63,350 nucleotides of DNA, from the NCBI GenBank assembly GCA_035576045.1, contig DATLWY010000007.1:1-63350 (forward strand), given 5' to 3'. Made by a program: the position numbers and the translations under genes. The notes beneath the pieces are model-generated. The model worked only from the letters and a program-made list of their open reading frames with translations. It did not search any database and was not told the DNA's origin. Positions 18,404-26,454 of this stretch are shown in pieces. Positions within the stretch are counted from its first letter, which is position 1. Each line of letters opens with the position of its first letter. Origin of the DNA: Gammaproteobacteria bacterium (GTDB lineage Bacteria; Pseudomonadota; Gammaproteobacteria; UBA6186; Azoamicaceae).

Positions 18404-19087
18404 ATGCAAGCATTAGCAACAGCCATCATGCCAAATTGGAACAAACAATTTCGAATTATCCCTTCAAAATTCCCCCCCATTAATTTTTTTGAAAAATTAG
18501 TGCCCTCAGATGATATGGCTGAAATATTCTATTTAGAAAGTTTAACAAACGATCGGCTAAGAGAAGAAGTGGGAGACATTTCGCTTGTGCGCCCAGAAGA
18601 TCGCATAGGGGGTAAGGGTTCGAGTGTCGTCATGGCCGCTTTTACACATATTGGTAAAAATAGCCGTTTTACCGATGGATCTTATGGGGTGTATTATGCT
18701 GCTAAAGATCTGAAAACAGCAATTATTGAAACTGTTTTTTGGCGCGAGAAATTTTTGGCTTATACGAATGAATCCGCCGGAGAAATTGATATGCGGGTTT
18801 ATGTTGGGAGAATCTTAAAGCCGCTACATGATATTAGAAGCAATAAATTTCAGCACCTCCATGATCTTAATAATTATTTAGCAGCGCAATCGTATGCTTT
18901 AAAATTAAGAAGTCTTGGCGCATTTGGACTATTGTACAATAGTGTGCGAGATACGGGTGGACAGTGCATTGCAGCGTTCCGTCCATCCGCTATTTCTATA
19001 CCCATCCAATCAAAGCATTTAGCCTATGTATGGAACGGTGAAAAAATTTCACATATAGTCGAGAAATCTGAAGTGATGCTTGCTTGA
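18404..19087 (+). CDS. RES-domain toxin (ParT/MbcT-type NAD+-targeting enzyme family)
   Basis: 227 aa with R-E-S spacing: NSRFTDGSYGVYYAA (Arg), AIIETVFW (Glu), LLYNSVRD (Ser). Paired with the upstream DUF2384 antitoxin. Confidence 0.75.
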   Translation: MQALATAIMPNWNKQFRIIPSKFPPINFFEKLVPSDDMAEIFYLESLTNDRLREEVGDISLVRPEDRIGGKGSSVVMAAFTHIGKNSRFTDGSYGVYYAAKDLKTAIIETVFWREKFLAYTNESAGEIDMRVYVGRILKPLHDIRSNKFQHLHDLNNYLAAQSYALKLRSLGAFGLLYNSVRDTGGQCIAAFRPSAISIPIQSKHLAYVWNGEKISHIVEKSEVMLA

Positions 19088-19225
19088 GGTGATCGTGTGT
19101 AGCCCTTGGTTTAAAGTAGTAGTAGTTATCTAACTTAAAAAATTTTAGGGGCGAGTGAGTTATAAACAAAGTATAAACGGTTGTAACGTTACCCCCAGGT
19201 TCAGTATAATGACCCTTGATTTCTA

Positions 19226-20308
19226 TTGAGATCCCTGGGGCAAACATTGAAAAAATCACCTGTTTACGCTGAAATTCCAATGCGAACCGTAGGTCCGGTT
19301 AGAATCACAGGACCAATACTGCAAGAGGATATTCACGTTCCCCTAGCAACCTTCGAAACACCCTTATGGCCCTCAGTAAACCGGGGAGCATTGGTTTCAA
19401 AGTTAGCGGGTGGGATTAAATCTGTCGTCGTTGAAGAAAGCATGACGCGGTCCGTTGTCGTCGAAGGCATAGATGCGGAATATGTTTCTCATGTTGCAGC
19501 TGCACTCAAAGGTTATAAAGAAGAATTAAAAGCCGTTGTAACAACCACCAGTCATTTTGCACGCCTAGAAGATTGGCATGTACAAATTGTAGGCAATCTT
19601 TTATATATTCGTTTTTCTATGTCAACAGGAGATGCTTCTGGTCATAATATGACCACCAAAGCCGCAGATGCTTTGTTAGATTGGATTTTAAAACACTTTC
19701 CGAAATTATGTTATGTTTCTATTTCTGGCAATTACTGTACGGATAAAAAATCCTCTGCTGTGAATGGTATTTTAGGTCGTGGAAAATACGTGGTTTGTGA
19801 AATGAGCGTTTCACGTGAGATCTGCGAACGTACATTAAGAACCACACCCGAAAAAATGGTTAATTTGCACATAAAGAAAAATCTCATTGGTACAATGTTG
19901 GCAGGGGGGATTCGTAGTGCGAACGCACATTTTGCAAATATGTTGCTCGCAATTTATTTAGCGACCGGTCAGGATGCTGCTAATATTATTGAAGGATCGC
20001 AAGGCATGGTTCATGCGGAAGTACGAAATCAAGATCTGTATTTTTCTGTTACCTTGCCCAATGTTATTGTGGGTACGGTCGGTAACGGAAAACATTTGCC
20101 TTTTGTGAAAGAAAACCTGGCAGGTTTAGGTTGCTTAGAGCCTCGAACACCCGGGCAAAATAGTAGACGTTTAGCAGCCATTGTAGGCGCGACAGTATTG
20201 TGTGGGGAGCTTTCTCTTTTAGCGGCTCAAACAAATCCAGGAGAACTCATGGAAAGTCATCTTCGGTTGGAACGTTTAGCATCCGAGAAGGTTGAACAAG
20301 CAATATGA
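19226..20308 (+). CDS. HMG-CoA reductase, class I-like, short N-terminus
   Basis: YAEIPMRTVGPVRITGP...VPLATFETPLWPSVNRGA aligns by eye to class I IGxxxxPxGxAGPL...VPMATTEGxLVASxxRG. Also has STGDASGHNMTTKA (cf. DAMGMNM) and GTVGNG. TTG start at 19226. The stop overlaps the mvaS start (ATGA). Confidence 0.8.
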   Translation: MRSLGQTLKKSPVYAEIPMRTVGPVRITGPILQEDIHVPLATFETPLWPSVNRGALVSKLAGGIKSVVVEESMTRSVVVEGIDAEYVSHVAAALKGYKEELKAVVTTTSHFARLEDWHVQIVGNLLYIRFSMSTGDASGHNMTTKAADALLDWILKHFPKLCYVSISGNYCTDKKSSAVNGILGRGKYVVCEMSVSREICERTLRTTPEKMVNLHIKKNLIGTMLAGGIRSANAHFANMLLAIYLATGQDAANIIEGSQGMVHAEVRNQDLYFSVTLPNVIVGTVGNGKHLPFVKENLAGLGCLEPRTPGQNSRRLAAIVGATVLCGELSLLAAQTNPGELMESHLRLERLASEKVEQAI

Positions 20309-21480
20309 TAAAAGTGGGAATTGATGCAATCGCCTTTTATACTCCCCATTATTATTTGGATCTTAGAGTATTGGCAAAAGCGCGTGGTGTGGATGTGAAT
20401 AAATACCATACAGGCTTGGGTCAAGAAAAAATGGCCGTTATTCCACCCGATGAAGACGTGGTAACGATGGCAGCAGACGCCGCTGCTCGTGTGTTAGAAG
20501 ACGTTAATATGAATGATATTGATTTATTGCTGTTTGCAACCGAAAGCGCTGTCGATCAATCTAAGGCGACGGGTATTTTTGTGCATCGATTATTGAATTT
20601 GCCAGCACGTTGTAGAGTTGTTGAATTAAAGCAAGCCTGCTATAGCGCTACGGCAGGATTACAAATGGCGTTGCCAATGTTGCGCGAAGATCCCAATAAA
20701 AAAATATTGTTAATTGCCTCGGATGTTGCGCGTTATGGTTTACAGTCTACAGGTGAGTCGTCGCAAGGTGGCGGCGCTGTTGCTATGGTGTTGTCACAGA
20801 ACCCCAGAATTTTAGCGATTGAGCCTGAAAGTGGATTTCATACAGAAGACGTGATGGACTTTTGGCGCCCAAACTATCGTGAAGAGGCGATCGTTGATGG
20901 TAAATATTCGTGTGATCTTTATCTAAAATTAGTGCAAAAAACCTGGGAACAATATACAGGTTTGTCAGGTCGAACATTTTCAGATCATGCACGTTTTTGT
21001 TATCATGTGCCAGTGCCTCGGTTAGTAGAAAAAGCGCATCAATGTTTGGTAAAGTTCAATGGGTTACCCAAATTATCGCCTCTGGAATTAAATGCGCAAC
21101 TGGGCCCTTCGTTACAATATGGACGAACTATTGGTAACTGTTATACAGCAGCGCTTTATTTAAGCTTGATTTCATTGTTAGAAAATACGCCCGAAGACTT
21201 AGCGCATCAGCGTATTGGCTTTTATAGTTATGGTTCTGGGTGCGTTGCAGAGTTCTTTAGTGGAATCGTTCAAAAAGGTTATCAAGACAGGCTTAAAAAA
21301 GCTGCTCACCAAAAAATGTTAGAAAATCGACAGGCGCTTTCAGAAGAAGAATATACTGCCTTTTACAATTTTCGTTACCCTGTCGATGGAGGCGCTCTTA
21401 TTATAACTAACCACAACAAGCGTCAATATCGATTGGCTGCTATAGAGCAACATAAACGTATTTACGAGAAAAAAGATTAA
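20305..21480 (+). CDS. mvaS: HMG-CoA synthase
   Basis: 391 aa. Contains MIKVGIDAIAFYTPHYYLDL, ATESAVDQSKA, KQACYSATAGL (catalytic Cys context) and FYSYGSGCVAEFF. Confidence 0.9.
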   Translation: MIKVGIDAIAFYTPHYYLDLRVLAKARGVDVNKYHTGLGQEKMAVIPPDEDVVTMAADAAARVLEDVNMNDIDLLLFATESAVDQSKATGIFVHRLLNLPARCRVVELKQACYSATAGLQMALPMLREDPNKKILLIASDVARYGLQSTGESSQGGGAVAMVLSQNPRILAIEPESGFHTEDVMDFWRPNYREEAIVDGKYSCDLYLKLVQKTWEQYTGLSGRTFSDHARFCYHVPVPRLVEKAHQCLVKFNGLPKLSPLELNAQLGPSLQYGRTIGNCYTAALYLSLISLLENTPEDLAHQRIGFYSYGSGCVAEFFSGIVQKGYQDRLKKAAHQKMLENRQALSEEEYTAFYNFRYPVDGGALIITNHNKRQYRLAAIEQHKRIYEKKD

Positions 21481-22496
21481 TGAATAAGCAATTCAAAGCG
21501 CGGTCGCCTGCCAAGTTAATTTTATCGGGCGAGCATGCTGTCGTTTATGGAAAACCTGCCATTGCGATGGCGATTAATCGGTATGCAGAAAGTACAATAA
21601 ATGCGAATTTGTCTTCGGCTATTTTGTTTAATTGTTTAAATTTTAAGTCTGCAAAATCTTTTACGTTACAAGCATTAGAAGGGATAAGACACAGGTTGCA
21701 AGATAAATATCATGCCTTTCTAGAGGGTCGTTGTGGTATTCGAGACGTGTTAAAAACGCCTTTTGAGTTATTGCAGTATACTGTTACACATTTGTTGGAG
21801 ACCTTAAACATTACATTGTCTGAAGGCTTAGAAATTCGTGCGGCCTCAGAAATTCCGATTGGTTGTGGTATGGGATCTTCTGCTGCAATTGTCATGAGTA
21901 CCTTGTATGCACTCGCACATTTTTTAAAATTAGAGATTGATCCTGCGCGATTTTTGGCGCTGGGTCGGGAAGCCGAAAATTTACAACATGGTTATTCCAG
22001 TGGATTAGATTTACATTTAGCGATGAAGGGTGGTTGTTTGCGATTTGAAGAGGGCCAGACGTTGGTTCGCACTTTGCCAAATGTTCCACTTCGTATTGTT
22101 CAAACGGGTACACCTGAATCCACAACAGGGCAATGTGTCAGCAGCGTTGCAAAACATTTTACACAGGGGGCGATGGCAGACGATTTTGCGGCTATTACCG
22201 AGCTTTTTGATCAAGCGCTGCAAGCCAATGATCTGCCTAATATGCAAGCATGCATTCGACAAAACCATCGACTTTTAGTGAAAATTGGGGTTGTACCCCC
22301 GAAAGTGCAAGACTTTATTTGCGCACTCGAGCAAGAAGGCGCTGCAGCCAAAATTTGTGGGGCAGGTGCTATAAAAGGTAACAATGGAGGGGTTGTTTTA
22401 GTGCTCTCTGATCGGGATTTGTCTGCTGTTACGAGAGAGTATGGTTACAGTCTTCAATCTGTTCATGGGGACTTATATGGCACGCAAATCGTTTAG
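21480..22496 (+). CDS. mvk: Mevalonate kinase (GHMP family)
   Basis: ARSPAKLILSGEHAVVYGKPAIAMAI and IPIGCGMGSSAAIVMS (GHMP motif II). TAATG overlap with mvaS. Confidence 0.88.
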   Translation: MNKQFKARSPAKLILSGEHAVVYGKPAIAMAINRYAESTINANLSSAILFNCLNFKSAKSFTLQALEGIRHRLQDKYHAFLEGRCGIRDVLKTPFELLQYTVTHLLETLNITLSEGLEIRAASEIPIGCGMGSSAAIVMSTLYALAHFLKLEIDPARFLALGREAENLQHGYSSGLDLHLAMKGGCLRFEEGQTLVRTLPNVPLRIVQTGTPESTTGQCVSSVAKHFTQGAMADDFAAITELFDQALQANDLPNMQACIRQNHRLLVKIGVVPPKVQDFICALEQEGAAAKICGAGAIKGNNGGVVLVLSDRDLSAVTREYGYSLQSVHGDLYGTQIV

Positions 22497-23439
22497 TGCC
22501 TCAGCGCCGGGCACTTTAATGCTGTTGGGCGAGCATGCGGTATTGAATGACAAACCCGCTATCGTGTTGGCAATCGATAAACGCATAACAGTTACACTGC
22601 AATCCCGTCTTGATCAAAAAATTCTAATAGCATCTGATTTGGGTAAAATAGCATTCGAGCTGCATGAAATAGAAAGGCTGTCAGTTCACCAACCCTTTCA
22701 CTTTGTATTTGCAGCCATTAAATATTTTAAAGAAGAATTAAAGATACGCAATCAGGGTTTTGAATTAATCATTGATTCAGAATTCTCGCCTAATTGCGGG
22801 TTAGGTTCATCGGCAGCTGTAACGGTTGCTTTAATCGCTGTCTTATTACAATTCTTCTCAAAAAACACGGAAACGCTTTTTGAGATATCTCGAAAAATTA
22901 TTCGCGAAGTACAAGGAGTTGGTTCGGGTGCAGATGTGGCAGCCAGTATTTATGGCGGGGTTATTGTTTACCAACAGCAATCACCGTATATTATAAAAAA
23001 ATTAGACTGCGTATTGCCTTTAGTTGTGATATATTCGGGATCAAAAACGCCAACACCTGTCGTCATTAAAAAAGTAGAAGCGCTACAAAATAAATATCCG
23101 GATGTAATTAACAGATTGTATGATGCCATTGAACATGCGGTAAACCGGGCTTCTGTCTTTCTTGAAAATCAAGACTGGATAGGCTTGGGTGAAGTGATGA
23201 ATATTCAACAAGGTGTTATGAACGCACTTGGCGTTGGAACGCCCGTGTTAAACCAATTAATCGATAGGTTAAATAGCGCGCCGGGTATTTATGGGGCGAA
23301 AATTTCGGGTTCGGGGTTGGGTGATTGTGTGATCGGGCTTGGTGCGGGATGCGATAAACTTTTAGAGATGGAAGCGCTCGGGAATGGCATCCAAAAAATT
23401 CCCCTGTCTGTTTCTTTGCAAGGTGTAGGTTATGGATAA
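22477..23439 (+). CDS. mvaK2: Phosphomevalonate kinase (GHMP family)
   Basis: SAPGTLMLLGEHAVL, NCGLGSSAAVTVALIAVLL, GSGADVAASIYGG. This is the second GHMP kinase in the operon. Start taken at ATG 22477, which overlaps the mvk end by 20 nt. Confidence 0.78.
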   Translation: MARKSFSASAPGTLMLLGEHAVLNDKPAIVLAIDKRITVTLQSRLDQKILIASDLGKIAFELHEIERLSVHQPFHFVFAAIKYFKEELKIRNQGFELIIDSEFSPNCGLGSSAAVTVALIAVLLQFFSKNTETLFEISRKIIREVQGVGSGADVAASIYGGVIVYQQQSPYIIKKLDCVLPLVVIYSGSKTPTPVVIKKVEALQNKYPDVINRLYDAIEHAVNRASVFLENQDWIGLGEVMNIQQGVMNALGVGTPVLNQLIDRLNSAPGIYGAKISGSGLGDCVIGLGAGCDKLLEMEALGNGIQKIPLSVSLQGVGYG

Positions 23440-24463
23440 GGCGGCAGTTATTCAGAAAGTTCTAAAAACGTACTCAAAAGAACCTCAAAACAAAACAGGC
23501 ACGTTTTTTGCACCGTCTAATATTGCATTATGTAAATACTGGGGAAAACGAAATGCTGAACTCAATTTGCCTGTAACCGCGAGTCTCTCTGTTTCACTTG
23601 GTCGTTATGGCGCTAACACAACACTTTCTTTTTCTGAATCAGGATCGCATGATGATATTGTTGTAAATGGCAAGCAGTTTAATATTAACAGCGATCCGGC
23701 TTTTGTTTTAAATTTAACGGCGTATTTAAATTTATTTAGACCCACACCAACGGCTCACTTTTGTGTTAACACGGAGACGAATGTGCCGATTGGCGCAGGG
23801 TTGGCTTCTTCAGCATGTGGTTATGCCGCCCTTATAGGCGCAATGGATAAATTATATGGTTGGCAGCTGCCGCTTCAGACGCTTTCTTTGCTGGCGCGTT
23901 TAGGGAGTGGGAGCGCAAGTCGATCGTTTTGGCAGGGATTTGTAGAATGGCAAACCGGCTCGACAGAAGATGGAATAGATTGTGTAGGGGTTCCGTTGCC
24001 GCAAATCTGGTCAGAATTGCGAATCGGTTTATTAGTAGTGAATCCAGCATCCAAGCGGATAAGTTCAAGAAAAGCGATGGAAGAGACTAAATTAACATCC
24101 CCTTTTTACGGTGCATGGCCCGAAAAACATGCAAAGGATTTAACACGGTTGAAAAAGGCGATTAGCTTGTATAATTTTGTAGAGTTGGGTGAAGCATCGG
24201 AGTCTAATGCTTTGGCCATGCATGCAATGATGCTAACGGCGAACCCACCTATTTTGTATACGGAAGCTAAAACGATCGATGCAATGCATAAAGTTTGGCA
24301 TGCGCGGCAGGCAGGGTTGCCACTTTATTTCACGCAAGATGCAGGGCCCAATTTAAAATTATTATTTTTAGAAAAAGATCAAGAGACGGTCACAGCGTTA
24401 TTTTCAGAACTTATTGTTATTGCGCCATTTGAACAGGAGATATTGAACGGATGGGTCAAATGA
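23432..24463 (+). CDS. mvaD: Diphosphomevalonate decarboxylase
   Basis: APSNIALCKYWGKRN, PIGAGLASSACGYAAL, GSGSASRS and FTQDAGPN motifs. Confidence 0.9.
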   Translation: MDKAAVIQKVLKTYSKEPQNKTGTFFAPSNIALCKYWGKRNAELNLPVTASLSVSLGRYGANTTLSFSESGSHDDIVVNGKQFNINSDPAFVLNLTAYLNLFRPTPTAHFCVNTETNVPIGAGLASSACGYAALIGAMDKLYGWQLPLQTLSLLARLGSGSASRSFWQGFVEWQTGSTEDGIDCVGVPLPQIWSELRIGLLVVNPASKRISSRKAMEETKLTSPFYGAWPEKHAKDLTRLKKAISLYNFVELGEASESNALAMHAMMLTANPPILYTEAKTIDAMHKVWHARQAGLPLYFTQDAGPNLKLLFLEKDQETVTALFSELIVIAPFEQEILNGWVK

Positions 24464-25041
24464 ATAAAGAGAGTAGGAGCGGACAGCTATGTTCGCCCAT
24501 CGAACAAATTGTTTTAGTAGACGCTCAGGATCAAGTCATTGGGCTTGAAGAGAAATTGAAAGCGCATCAGTTGGGCTTATTACATCGCGCTTTTTCGGTG
24601 TTTATTTATAGAAAAAATCCTAATGATTCAAACGTCATTGAATTTTTATTACAACAGCGTCATGTAGATAAATATCACTGCGGCGGCCTTTGGACTAACG
24701 CATGTTGTAGTCATCCGCGCTTAAACGAAGACATCATATTGGCAGGTCAAAGACGTTTAAAAGAAGAACTGTCTCTTGCGCTCACTTTAAAAAAAGTCGG
24801 TGCTTTTCAATATAAGGCCAGTTTTGAAAATGGATTGACCGAACATGAATTCGATCATGTATTGCTTGGAGAATATGATGGCGTACAACCTATTGTATTA
24901 GATCCTAAAGAAGTGCAGGATTTTCGTTGGGTGTCTGAACAACGATTACAGAGAGAATTGGCTCTTTATTCAGAACATTATACCCCCTGGTTTAAAACCG
25001 CCTTTCATTTGGTGTTGGAGAATTTATGGTTCAACTCTTAA
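24460..25041 (+). CDS. idi: Isopentenyl-diphosphate delta-isomerase, type 1 (Nudix)
   Basis: GLLHRAFSVFIY, WTNACCSHP and LTEHEFDHV motifs. The ATG at 24460 forms an ATGA overlap with the mvaD stop. The ORF-track start is 24451. Confidence 0.88.
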   Translation: MNKESRSGQLCSPIEQIVLVDAQDQVIGLEEKLKAHQLGLLHRAFSVFIYRKNPNDSNVIEFLLQQRHVDKYHCGGLWTNACCSHPRLNEDIILAGQRRLKEELSLALTLKKVGAFQYKASFENGLTEHEFDHVLLGEYDGVQPIVLDPKEVQDFRWVSEQRLQRELALYSEHYTPWFKTAFHLVLENLWFNS

Positions 25042-26393
25042 TTTCGATCTTGGCTTTTATTGTGGCCATTAGCCTTTTGGTTGGTATACATGAATTTGGA
25101 CATTTTTGGGTTGCAAGACGGTTTGGCATTAAAGTGCTACGTTTTTCAATTGGATTTGGGCGCCCCCTCTATCGCTGGTACGATAAACTTGGTACGGAAT
25201 ATGTAATATCTGCTATTCCCTTTGGTGGATATGTATCGCTCTTTGGAGAACGCGAGCAAACCGTTTCTCCGCAGGAACAACAACAAGCATTTTGTTTTAA
25301 GTCCGTCTGGGTAAGAATATTGGTATTAGTGGCAGGACCCTTCGCTAATTTATTGTTTGCCATTTTTGTTTACTGGTTATTATTTATGATAGGGACTTCA
25401 ACATTTATTCCTATCTTGGGGAATGTGCCTAAAGATTCCATAGCAGGTTTGGCGGGATTTCATCGGGGCCAAGAAATCATTTCAGTTGAAGGAAAACCCA
25501 CGCCAAGTTGGGAGTCAGTTTCTATGCAGGTATTGGCGCATATTGGAGAAGATGAAACGATTAATGTCGGGGTGCGAGATCATACAGAAGCGCCAGTGCA
25601 AAATAAAATCTTGGATTTAGGTATTGTATCGGGTGGCACTTCAGAATCGAATTGGTTAGACAGTTTGGGGTTGGTGCCATTTGATCCTGTGCCCGCGATT
25701 GTCGGTAATGTTTTGCCAGGTTTACCTGCCTTTAAGGCGGGTTTGCAGCCCGGCGATCTTATTCTCAGTGCAGATGGAGACGTTATAAGCTCTCGTGTGG
25801 ATATTATTCATTATATACAGTCACGGCCTAATAAAAAGATCCATTTGGCGGTTCAACGGGATAGCCAAAAATTATTATTGGTATTAGAAACCGTGACCAA
25901 AACCTCAGAGGAAGACAATAAAAAAATTGGATTTGTGGGTATAGAATTCCCACCGTTGAAAGAAATGCCAAAATCATTATTCCGCCTTCAGCGTTATGGT
26001 GTAGGGACGGCTTTAGTGAAGGCAGTTTCTCAAACGGCGGAATATTCGGTTTTAACACTAGAACTTTTAAAAAAAATGATTGTTGGCAAAGTTTCTCCAC
26101 GTCATATCAGTGGCCCAGTCAGCATTGCTAAATATGCAGGGGAGTCCGCCGCTATTGGATTAAAAGAATTTTTAACTTTTTTAGGCGTGATAAGCATCAG
26201 CCTGGGCGTTTTAAATCTATTGCCGATTCCCATTTTAGATGGAGGTCATGTTATGTATTGCCTTTATGAAGTGATGTTAGGCCGTCGCGCTTCTGAAATA
26301 GCGCAGAATGTGGGCGTATGGATAGGAGGGCTAATATTAGTTGGGTTTATGATATTAGCGCTATATAATGATCTGATGCATTTTTTAAGGTGA
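25026..26393 (+). CDS. rseP: RIP zinc metalloprotease RseP (site-2 protease)
   Basis: HEFGHFWVARRFGIKVLRFSIGFG (HExxH), PDZ-like middle region, LNLLPIPILDGGH near the C-terminus. Confidence 0.95.
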   Translation: MVQLLISILAFIVAISLLVGIHEFGHFWVARRFGIKVLRFSIGFGRPLYRWYDKLGTEYVISAIPFGGYVSLFGEREQTVSPQEQQQAFCFKSVWVRILVLVAGPFANLLFAIFVYWLLFMIGTSTFIPILGNVPKDSIAGLAGFHRGQEIISVEGKPTPSWESVSMQVLAHIGEDETINVGVRDHTEAPVQNKILDLGIVSGGTSESNWLDSLGLVPFDPVPAIVGNVLPGLPAFKAGLQPGDLILSADGDVISSRVDIIHYIQSRPNKKIHLAVQRDSQKLLLVLETVTKTSEEDNKKIGFVGIEFPPLKEMPKSLFRLQRYGVGTALVKAVSQTAEYSVLTLELLKKMIVGKVSPRHISGPVSIAKYAGESAAIGLKEFLTFLGVISISLGVLNLLPIPILDGGHVMYCLYEVMLGRRASEIAQNVGVWIGGLILVGFMILALYNDLMHFLR

Positions 26394-26454
26394 ACCTCAT
26401 CCTATTTTTGTGTTAGGATTTCTCTTAAGATTTTTAACCAGCGAAACCAAAACG

